Shown here in pieces: positions 43,578 to 52,555 of a stretch of 64,000 nt of DNA. This DNA is from Trypanosoma brucei (taxonomy: Eukaryota): positions 800,001-864,000 of the forward strand of contig CM000207.1 of NCBI GenBank assembly GCA_000002445.1. Reading direction: 5' to 3'. The notes beneath the pieces were generated by a model. The model saw only the letters and a program-made list of their open reading frames with translations. It did no database searches and was not told the DNA's origin. The translations under genes and the position numbers were made by a program. The number at the start of each line of letters is the position of its first letter. Positions within the stretch are counted from its first letter, which is position 1.

Positions 43578-44807
43578 ATGACTGTGTCTGAATTCGGCAG
43601 GTCTCGGGTGCTTTACAGACGTAATGGTGTCTCTGATGTCATCGAGGTGGGGAACACTACCGAACTGAATGATGTCATTGCATTACTTCGGTCCTTCTCT
43701 GGCGTTCCCAAGTCATATACAACTCTAGTTACCCCGTCTCTTGCCGAGCTGTGCGAGGATGCGGTTGGCGTGGAACGTTTGTGGACCAGCTCCGCCGAGC
43801 GCACTGAGCCGAAAGACTTTGCATGGCTTGAAGTTGAGACGGAGAGCGACGAAGTGATGAGACAGGTTCTCTCGGCGTTTCCCATCCATTCCAAAACGAG
43901 CGAGCTGGTACGGAGTAGTGAAAATAGAGTGGAGGTCGTGGAGATATTTCCGTCTTGCGGTTACGTATGGGTTAGCATCGCCGCCAAGGGGGCTGCATCA
44001 GAGTCTAGCGTTCCTGAGGATGATGAACCTGTTGTAGTCTCACTGATTGCGTATGAGCAGTTTCTTATCACGATGCATCGTAAACCTCTTTCGGGGTTTG
44101 AGGACATGAAGGCGCACATGGAAATGCTTGTTAAGTCCCCAGCTTCGTATGGGGCACCAGTTCCCACGGCCGTATGCTCTCTAATAAGTGGTTTTGTCAA
44201 GGAGTATCAAAAGGAGCTACTATCGTTACTTGTTGATGTTGATAACGTCAACGAATTAGTTCTCGAAATCCAACCCTCGGAGTGTGATCAGCTGGATTTG
44301 CTGCGACGTATCGATGATCTTCGGCACAGTCTCTCGCGGGTGCAGGCATCTTATTTCGCCAAGGAGCGCGTGCTGCAGAGACTTCTTCTTCCTGTTGTGA
44401 AGCGTACTTTCATATCCTCTGCCGTAGGTGTTGCCGCTCGGTACCAAAGGATGCTTTCCGGTTTAATTCTTTCTATTGAAAGGCTGCGGAAGGGTCGTGA
44501 TGTTCTCAATATGTCGAGCATGGGCCTTGTAAGTGGTGTTTCAATGCGGTTACTGCAGCGCTGTTATTGGATGGACTACTTGAATAATGTTATGACGATG
44601 ATGACGCTTGTTAGCATGCCTATATCTATTATCCCGGGCCTTTTCACCATGAACGTTCGTGTTCCCTTTGAGGACAGTGAGAGCTTCGTGCCCTTCTATG
44701 TTATTGTGGCAGTCACCGCTGGAATTTTTTTCCTAGGGATGTCGTACCCGGTGTATTTGTACCTCACCTTTAAGTCTCCGGGCGCGCTGGTGCCCACTTC
44801 GCACTAG
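43578..44807 (+). CDS. CorA/MRS2-like divalent cation transporter with variant TMN signature
   Basis: The C-terminal two-TM module MTLVSMPISIIPGLFTMNVRVPFED...FYVIVAVTAGIFFLGMSYPVYLYL aligns to the CorA TM1-GMN-loop-TM2 architecture (LTxxxxIFxPLTxIAGxYGMNF). The N-terminal part is a soluble alpha/beta domain. The track start 43569 is GTG and the ATG is at 43578. Confidence 0.68.
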   Translation: MTVSEFGRSRVLYRRNGVSDVIEVGNTTELNDVIALLRSFSGVPKSYTTLVTPSLAELCEDAVGVERLWTSSAERTEPKDFAWLEVETESDEVMRQVLSAFPIHSKTSELVRSSENRVEVVEIFPSCGYVWVSIAAKGAASESSVPEDDEPVVVSLIAYEQFLITMHRKPLSGFEDMKAHMEMLVKSPASYGAPVPTAVCSLISGFVKEYQKELLSLLVDVDNVNELVLEIQPSECDQLDLLRRIDDLRHSLSRVQASYFAKERVLQRLLLPVVKRTFISSAVGVAARYQRMLSGLILSIERLRKGRDVLNMSSMGLVSGVSMRLLQRCYWMDYLNNVMTMMTLVSMPISIIPGLFTMNVRVPFEDSESFVPFYVIVAVTAGIFFLGMSYPVYLYLTFKSPGALVPTSH

Positions 44808-45197
44808 CGAAAAGAGATGTTGCGAGAGATGACGGGTTTCCCTTATTTTTTTTTTTTACCGTTGTGTGAGAACGAAGAGAGGCAATGTGGTGGTATGAGG
44901 GGAATGTCATAGCGCGTTGCGATTGCGACGGTTGGTGTGAAGGGCAAAACAAGACTAAATCGTCGGGATTCCGATGGAAGGTTTCTCGAACTGTTCCCTC
45001 GCAGCGATAGCGCAACACACTCCTTTTCCTTTTTTTAAATCTGCTGGCTTGCACGTTTGTGCGAGCAAATTATTCTGTGTTGGCCCCTTGCCACCATTGT
45101 CGTTGGCTATGATACTGACTTTCCCTTATTCTGTTGTTGCCTTTGTTTTTTCCATAGTTAGAAGAAGCTTAACCTGCGTTAATCTGCTTGTCTATCG

Positions 45198-46295
45198 ATG
45201 AGGCGGAGCAGGGTACCCGCAGATGGCGTGAGCCACATTCTCGGTAAACGGGCCGTAGCGCTGCTCGTTCCCGTTTTAATAACACTGATGCTAGTGACAT
45301 GGTCTGTACTTAACCTGTCAAGTCTCATTGGGGAACGGCAAAATTCCCTTGTCATCGTTGAACCGTACGGAAACGAGTCAAGTTCGCTGCAGGTATTTGA
45401 GGCGTCTGTTATTAATGCTCTGGCAGTTGTTGCGCTTATTGTGGTCTTCACGTTCATTATGTTGGCGTTGTACAAGTTTGGGTTCGAAATAGTTCTCTAC
45501 GTGTGGCTGGGTGTGTCTGTGGGGTCAATCCTCTTTATCACGATGTGGGTTTTTTTGGATTTGGTACTTACCCGATTTCAAATACCGTATGATTTCATTA
45601 CAATGTTTCTGGTTCTGTGGAACACGGGTGTAGTTGGCCTGGTATCAATCTTTTATTATTCGCATCCGACGGTTGCGCAGGTGTACCTTATTGCCATATC
45701 GGTTATCGTTGCTTGGTCTGCTACGTCCCTGCCCGCCTGGACCACTTGGTGCTTGCTCGTAGCGGTTGCGATATATGATGTAGTCGCCGTGTTATGTCCG
45801 TACGGACCGCTTCGTATGCTCGTGGAGGCTGCTGATGAGCGCAACCGACCCATTCCAGCCCTTGTTTACGACAGTGACGCCCGGATTATTGTTGCAACTT
45901 CTTTCCCTGGAGAGGATGCGCAGATGGTTGAGATTGCGGCCAGGGCCCGAAAGCAAGAGGGAGGCAGGCAGCGACCCCGGAAGCGGCCCCCGTCTCCCCT
46001 GGACTCGCTTCTTGGCGACACTCCCTTTAAATTGGGGCTTGGCGATTTCATCTTCTACAGTTTGTTGTGTGGAATTGCTGCGAGCTACTCATTTATTCCG
46101 TGGTTGATGTCGGTGATTGCCGTCTTATTCGGCCTAGTTGGTACGTTGCTTTTCTTGGTGCTTTTCAAGGAAAAGTTGACGGCTCTTCCGGCACTTCCTA
46201 TATCGATAGCTCTGGGGGTGATCACCTACTTTTCATCCCGCTACTTGGTTGTGCCACTGGACTGGTTTGCGACTCTCTCTGTGCTTGCACTGTAG
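45198..46295 (+). CDS. presenilin-family intramembrane aspartyl protease
   Basis: Both catalytic motifs are present: the TM6 YD ([28 protein letters not shown], matching presenilin [20 protein letters not shown]) and [10 protein letters not shown] (GxGD). There is a PAL motif ([14 protein letters not shown]) and about 9 predicted TM helices. The ATG at 45198 is genuine. Confidence 0.85.
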   Translation: [365 protein letters not shown]

Positions 46296-46541
46296 ATGAG
46301 TAGCATAGAACAGGTGATTCATTTTTTTTTCCATTCGTGTGTCCCCACCTGTGTTGCTCTGTAACATGTTCTTTTTGTGAGCGCTGCTGCTGCCGCTGCA
46401 TGCACCTGCTTCCGGGCCCCGAGCAAAACAACAACAATACACTATTACTGTTCTGATGTTTTCCGTCGCTGAGATACAGGCTCTTTGACGAGGGGGGAGG
46501 AGGAAAGGGTTTGTTGTCGCCGTCTTAGTGATTGGGTAAGG

Positions 46542-47729
46542 ATGAACAAGTGCAAGCAAGCCGGTCGCCCGATGCTTTCGGAGCAGCGCCGGGAGACATT
46601 AGGTTCAATGTACAGTCTGGTCGGTAGCCACAGTGCAGTGAAACTATGCCGCTGGCAGAAGTCAATGATGCGTGGAATGGGCGGCTGTTACAAGTGGACG
46701 ATGTATGGCATTGAGTCCCATCGCTGCATGGAGGCAACACCCAGCATGGCATGTGCCAACAAGTGTGTGTTCTGCTGGCGATTAAATACTAATCCTACAG
46801 CGACAGAGTGGAAATGGCAAGTCGATAACCCACACGACATTGTCGAGGGGATGTTGACCAGCCACAAAACCCTTGTTCATGAGGTGCAGGGTATGCCCGG
46901 TGTAACGGCTGAAAGCTTGGAGGAAGCAAAGAACCCCAAGCACTGTGCCCTTTCTCTCGTGGGGGAGCCCATCTTATACCCCAAAGTTAATGAGTTTCTT
47001 CACATACTCCACACAAAGGGGATTTCTACGTTTCTTGTCAACAACGGTCAGTTCCCCGAAGCAGTGGAGAATTTGGCGACCGTCACACAGTTGTATTTGA
47101 GTGTTGACGCACCCAACAAGGAAGTGATGAAGATTTTAGACAGACCAGTTTTCGCTGATTACTGGGATCGCTTTAACCAAAGTGTCCTCTACATGAATCA
47201 AAGAAGGGAAAGAACCGTTTTTCGCCTGACGATGATCGATGGGTTCAATATGAGTGAGGACAACTTGCGAGAGTATAAGGTTCTCTTCGAGGTGGGTCGG
47301 CCAAACTTTATTGAGTTGAAACGGTTAACACCAGCGTTCTCTGGGAATGACAGGAGCATATTGAGGATGAAGAATGTTCCCACATGGGAGGGGTTGAAGA
47401 CATACGCCGCTCGCTTGTGTGAGACTATACTCGATGGTAAGGAGTATAGTGTGGCATCAGTACACGAGCACTCTGGGTGCATTCTCTTGGCGCAAAATCG
47501 CTTCAAAGTTGATGGTGTTTGGCACACGTGGATCGATTTTGACAAGTTCAATGCCATGGTGCTCGATCCTGCTGTTCGGCCGCGGATTGTAGCCGATGGT
47601 TACCTGCGCCCTACACCTGATTGGGCTCTACCAGATTCTCAGAGTGCTGGTTTCGACCCAGCTCAGTGTAGGCGCATCACACCCCGACGTCAGAAGTACA
47701 TGGATGCTAACGAGGGATCTGCCCCGTGA
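46542..47729 (+). CDS. TYW1: tRNA wybutosine synthesis radical-SAM enzyme TYW1 (short form lacking flavodoxin domain)
   Basis: LVGSHSAVKLCRWQKSMMRGMGGCYKWTMYGIESHRCMEATPSMACANKCVFCWR closely matches the TYW1 core, including the CxxxCxxC radical-SAM cluster. The track start 46485 is TTG and the first ATG is at 46542. There is no N-terminal flavodoxin module, which is consistent with the short TYW1 paralog of trypanosomes. Confidence 0.85.
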   Translation: MNKCKQAGRPMLSEQRRETLGSMYSLVGSHSAVKLCRWQKSMMRGMGGCYKWTMYGIESHRCMEATPSMACANKCVFCWRLNTNPTATEWKWQVDNPHDIVEGMLTSHKTLVHEVQGMPGVTAESLEEAKNPKHCALSLVGEPILYPKVNEFLHILHTKGISTFLVNNGQFPEAVENLATVTQLYLSVDAPNKEVMKILDRPVFADYWDRFNQSVLYMNQRRERTVFRLTMIDGFNMSEDNLREYKVLFEVGRPNFIELKRLTPAFSGNDRSILRMKNVPTWEGLKTYAARLCETILDGKEYSVASVHEHSGCILLAQNRFKVDGVWHTWIDFDKFNAMVLDPAVRPRIVADGYLRPTPDWALPDSQSAGFDPAQCRRITPRRQKYMDANEGSAP

Positions 47730-48752
47730 CCGACGTTTTTCGCCCATTTGTCGTCTTTGCGAATACTGAATTATCTAGGTGATGGTAACGGACAGGGCTG
47801 AAAAAGTGGTTGTGAGGGATTCGGTTTTTGTGTCATCGTAGCGACCAAGTTGCTCTGTATTATGCGCCTATGCTTGCTGTTTGTTTTCCCCCCTTTTTTA
47901 AAAAAAGAGGCAATCTTTTCTTTTCCCACGCCTATCAACGCTTTTAAAATCGAAAGCAAGTAACTCGCTAAGGACAAAGTTGTTTTTTCATCATCCCCCT
48001 GGAGACTCGTACCAGGCAAATAACAAAAACAGAGAAACCCGGTGGAGGTTCTACAGCATCGGCAGTGAAAACAATATGCCACCGAAGAGCAACGAAGATT
48101 ACGTGCCACCAAAGGACAAGGCTGAAGCCTTGGCCGAAGAGTACGAAAGTGCGCACCACGACCGCGCGGGATCTAACAAATCGGCCCCGAGTCACCAAAG
48201 CAAACCCAAGTCTGTGCGTTGATGCGGAGGCATCTATACCCGGCCTGCTCATTCTTTCTCTTTTCCCGATTTTGTCCATTTGAGTAATACGACCTCAATA
48301 GGGAATGACTATGGGTATGTGTAGCGTGGAGTGCCCTGCGTGAGCGGGTTGTGAAATTTGGGGGTTGGTGGGAGAAATTTTTTTTTTTTATGGTCGAGCG
48401 AAGGAAAGTTTAAACGAAAACGATCCAGTGCAAAGGGTAAAGAAAAGCAGGAATGCGAAGGAATGGAAGAAATATATTTTCGAAGCATTTATTATTATTA
48501 TTATTTCCATATATCTTTATATTTGTCTTTGTTCCGCTACTGAAATGGTGAAACAGAAAAGTGACGATACCGTTTCGTACGGAAGTATCAGGCACTGATC
48601 ATTGCCACTACTCTGTTGGCTTCCTTCCGTGTTTGGGCGTTGAAACTTTACTCATTTCAACGGTCTCTCTGCTCGGTTTTTTCTATGGTTGCCCTTTTTT
48701 TTTCCTTTTTACTGGTTCAACGCCGAACGGCGAAAAAAAAAAGCAGTCTCCC

Positions 48753-49343
48753 ATGGCGGACGTTGCTGACCCATCGTCAGAACTTATTAATGAGCTACGA
48801 GCACTTGTAGTTAGCGGCAGCGGCTTAGTACCACTTGACGAGAGGAAGGTACACACTGTTGTGGAAAACATGACTGATGCGTTTCGTCACTTGGAGTCCA
48901 TTTCACGGAACCCGTTTGCTGATCCTTCTCAACCTTATTACTCCGGCGCCATGAGGTTTTACAAAGCCAAATGCTTGAGGGATAAGCGCTGCGTGGTGGC
49001 ATACTTGCTGTGGAGACAGTCGCAGATCACGAAGTCATGGTGGGAGGCCCGGGACAACACAATCTCGAACATGTTAGCTCCGTGTGAGCGAACATTCTTG
49101 CAGGATTATAATGATGTCATGGTAGAGTACATGACGTCGTTTGCGGTTCCACTAGATCTTAGGTCATTCACGTGGCGTCCCCCTTCCACGCAGCAGTTGG
49201 AGGTGAGGGGACTGGTAAATCATGTGTTCGTTTCCTCCATCACCGGAGCTGTGATTAACCTTTACAAGGGTAAACAGATTCTTTTGGGATTTGAAGAGGC
49301 CGAATCGCTTATCCAGCAGGGGGTGGTAGAGCTTGTGGAGTAG
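48753..49343 (+). CDS. PSF1: GINS complex subunit Psf1 (196 aa)
   Basis: ELINELRAL, KCLRDKRCVVAYLLWRQSQITKSWWE and the C-terminal LGFEEAESLIQQGVVELV align with human PSF1 [32 protein letters not shown] and ...EQLIRQGVLEHI. The length is identical at 196 aa. The ATG at 48753 is directly after a T-rich tract plus AG, and the track start 48561 lies inside that tract. Confidence 0.78.
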   Translation: MADVADPSSELINELRALVVSGSGLVPLDERKVHTVVENMTDAFRHLESISRNPFADPSQPYYSGAMRFYKAKCLRDKRCVVAYLLWRQSQITKSWWEARDNTISNMLAPCERTFLQDYNDVMVEYMTSFAVPLDLRSFTWRPPSTQQLEVRGLVNHVFVSSITGAVINLYKGKQILLGFEEAESLIQQGVVELVE

Positions 49344-49644
49344 TATCACCCTGATTGATAACCAACTGTTACCGTGAGGCAGTTAAGCTGGCGATGGCCT
49401 CGTGTGCGTGGTTCTGTGGGGTGACCCAGTTGAGGGAGGTTGTACTTTCCATCTTTTGTTTTTCATCACGTTACGGAAGTGTTCATGAGGGCAACTATGG
49501 GACTGCTCCCTTTTATCCTCTTTTCTTTTTCACTGTTTCCCGTTACAAGAGGTCTTTTTGCAACTTCTCTCATTTTGCTGCCTTCCACTCATTTTCTTGT
49601 GACACAGCCTCTATAGTTGCGACACCTTTTTATTGTGTCTTTTT

Positions 49645-50469
49645 ATGCTGATTAGTGCTGCTGATGTGAGCAGCGCTGCGCTTAGGGAGGAGATTCAACG
49701 GCGGAAAGATTTCTTTGCACTTCTGAATGTTGTGGCGCATCGGATGTATACACCTACGACCGTGGAGTGGCGACTTATAGATCACTGTCTGGGTGAGATA
49801 AACTATAGGTTTGCAGACTTTTCTTTTCTTGCGGGTTTTTTATTAGTGATGCCGATTTGCAGACATAAGCGTACAGCGTTTTCACGCTACGTCCTGCCAT
49901 TTTATGCGGGTCTTGTTGCTTATGACAATGCTCTGAGGTTGACGAACCCGTGCCCTGCAGTTACCTTCTGGAATTCCGTGGTGCTCCTTGACGGTCACTT
50001 GGGTGAAACGGCACGTCAGATATATGCGCCCAAGTGCTTTTACAAAGTTGAAAATGGGCATCGCCAGACCGGGGCACCGGTACGTTACGCCACTTTTCTG
50101 CACTTGTTGTGGGACACCGTTTCCGTTACCGCAGGTTCACTATTACTTCAGACGCTGTTGCGGTATACTTTCAATCGGTCGAGTTGGATGCACGAGTCGG
50201 GAGGCAGCACTGTCACATCTCTTGTCATAAGCACTCGGCTCTTTATTTGGAACGTGTTTGCGCTGAAATCGGAGGACACGAGTGTGGGGCGTGAATACAC
50301 TCTTAGGTTGAGTCTTCCCCACTTTATCGTATCACCGGGCCTTGTTCATTCTTACCGTAGTCGCCACCTGATTCTTTCACGGTCCTCATTTGGGAGTCAC
50401 ATGTGGTACCTTGCACACTTCCCGTGGGTATATTGCCTCAGTTCTAAAGGTAGAAGTCAAGGCGAGTGA
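49645..50469 (+). CDS. hypothetical membrane protein (about 274 aa)
   Basis: The track start 49633 is TTG and the ATG at 49645 follows a pyrimidine-rich tract at 49500-49640. There are several hydrophobic segments (FLAGFLLVMPI, VTAGSLLLQTLL). Coding status is supported mainly by position and length. Confidence 0.4.
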   Translation: MLISAADVSSAALREEIQRRKDFFALLNVVAHRMYTPTTVEWRLIDHCLGEINYRFADFSFLAGFLLVMPICRHKRTAFSRYVLPFYAGLVAYDNALRLTNPCPAVTFWNSVVLLDGHLGETARQIYAPKCFYKVENGHRQTGAPVRYATFLHLLWDTVSVTAGSLLLQTLLRYTFNRSSWMHESGGSTVTSLVISTRLFIWNVFALKSEDTSVGREYTLRLSLPHFIVSPGLVHSYRSRHLILSRSSFGSHMWYLAHFPWVYCLSSKGRSQGE

Positions 50470-50859
50470 GGCGTGCACGTGTCTGCGATGACGGTAACCG
50501 ACTTAGCTTCCCTTCCTTTTGTTGCCTTCCTCACATTTTTGTTCATTGATGATAGGAGGACGCGTGACGCGGCATGATGCAACGAAATTAAAACAACCCT
50601 GAAAGTTCCTCTTCCTCCATCTGACATTAACTTTCCCTTCCGGTGGCATGTTCCTCCCGGGATGCCGCTGTTTGTGCAGTTGGGCAAGTGCCTCCGCACT
50701 TACATGCTTGCTGATTCCTTCAATGGAAAGGTGGATGGACGGATAACAATCACACTCTTCGTTTTTGTAGATCGCTTCGGATTTTTTCTCCGTTCTCCTT
50801 TTGTTTTCGCCTTTTTTTATTTTTGCGGCAGAGACCCTGTGAGTCTCAGGAATAGAGAT

Positions 50860-52017
50860 ATGAGGCGGTGCTGTTGTGCCAAAAGCGGAAGGCCTCAGTT
50901 TCTCATTGACAGTCCGCACGTTCGCCACAGCATCAATGGCTTTGCTCTGTTCACCAAGGAACTCCAGATGGAGAAGGGTGTGCTGAAGGCGAAGGACCTG
51001 AAGAAGGGTCAAGATAATATGAAAGTTATTTCGTCACACTGGAAACAGCTTTCGAATAAAGAGCGAAATGATTATAATAGACGCGCGCGTGAAATAGGGG
51101 CCATGAGAGTGCCGAACACCGAAAAGGCATTCAACGACTTTAACCTTCTTATGCGTCTCATCTACCGGAGCGAGGACATCGCAGGCGCAGGGGACGAGAC
51201 CTTTACCGCACGCATGGTCAGCAATACAATGGCCCAACTCAATCCAGATCAAAAAAAGAAGCTGCGCAAGGAGTTTGTAACTCCGCCAACTAACATAGAA
51301 AACAAAACAAAGGAACAAATGAGACATATATCGTGGTATTACCCGCATATGCGGTATTTCGACTCTTTTACCGATATGCTTCAGTCTGTGGCACCCACGC
51401 GGAAGGAACTCTTTATCGCCGTCTCACGTGTCTTAAAAGTGAATCGCACCGCTTCCCAGCAGTCTTTGGCGGCGCTGAATCAAAAGTTTGAATCCCTTAA
51501 GGGGACTCATCTTAACAAGTTCCGACCCATCGGTGAGGAGGACATCACCTCTTTCGAGAAGTATTGTGCGTCGAATTGCGCCGGCTTTGACGTCCACGCC
51601 TTTAATATCATACGGCTATTTGCCCAGTTCCGTGGTCTGGTGACAGCGAAGAATTCTCCGAAGGGACAAGAAGCCATACAGTACAAAATGTTAATGGAAG
51701 CGGACCGCTTTCGTGAGAGTCTGTATTTCAAGGCCTTGCGCAATTTGGAGAGGGCCAAAGCTGGTCGAACTGCCGACCACGGGACGTACATTTCATACTT
51801 TTACCCAGATGGGGTATCCGTGCCACCCAAAACGTACGGGATAGAAACCCACTTGAACGATGTTCATGTCGCTACGCTGCTGGCTGAAACAAGGTTTGGG
51901 AGGTCTGTCTACGATGATGTTCTGGAGCGGACGGGCTGTTTCCGCAGCAAAGAAGCTAACCAGCTGCTTAGGGAGACGTACATAAACCCTACAAGCAAGA
52001 AAAAAGGGAAAGAATGA
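50860..52017 (+). CDS. HMG-box domain protein (about 385 aa)
   Basis: The region INGFALFTKELQ...MKVISSHWKQLSNKERNDYNRRAREIG fits the HMG-box pattern (SAYxLF..E.....ISK..GE.WK.LS..EK..Y). The track start 50662 would translate the polypyrimidine splice-acceptor tract (LFVFVDRFGFFLRSPFVFAFFYF), so I chose the ATG at 50860 after the tract-plus-AG. The N-terminus MRRCCCAKSGRPQF is Arg-rich with no acidic residues. Confidence 0.55.
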   Translation: MRRCCCAKSGRPQFLIDSPHVRHSINGFALFTKELQMEKGVLKAKDLKKGQDNMKVISSHWKQLSNKERNDYNRRAREIGAMRVPNTEKAFNDFNLLMRLIYRSEDIAGAGDETFTARMVSNTMAQLNPDQKKKLRKEFVTPPTNIENKTKEQMRHISWYYPHMRYFDSFTDMLQSVAPTRKELFIAVSRVLKVNRTASQQSLAALNQKFESLKGTHLNKFRPIGEEDITSFEKYCASNCAGFDVHAFNIIRLFAQFRGLVTAKNSPKGQEAIQYKMLMEADRFRESLYFKALRNLERAKAGRTADHGTYISYFYPDGVSVPPKTYGIETHLNDVHVATLLAETRFGRSVYDDVLERTGCFRSKEANQLLRETYINPTSKKKGKE

Positions 52018-52555
52018 AGTAACGATTATAGATACATAAACCATTTCCTCTCATTTTTTCCCTCTCTCATGATTACTTTTTATGTTTTCCTCCTTTTCTT
52101 GTTGCATTATGTTACTTGGGGGCATGCGCGTACGGGTGAGTGCTGGTGTTCGGGCTGTTAGGGAAGATGACAATTAATACATGTTCACGTGTGAAGGTCC
52201 CGACATATGGCATTTGTACTTTTTTTTTTTGCGAACTGACGGAAGTTGGTTCTCCTTGCCGGTCGTGCATTCCGCCCTTCTCTCTCCCTTCCAATTCGCT
52301 ACCATTTTTTTTTTGAAATTTCCTTTCCCACTGCTCTGCTTTATGAGGTGTAGAAGCAGATTGTGACGGTGCGACATTTCAATGTATTCTATGACAGTAT
52401 AGCCTTTTCACTTGTTTGTAACTGCTGAATTCTTTAAACTCTCGGCATTTGTTACCTTTTCTCCCCGAGCATCGGCAGCATAACCTTTTGTTTTGCCTAG
52501 AGGACATCTCACTCTCTTAGCATAGTACTCATTGTGCACAGTTGGACACTACGTC

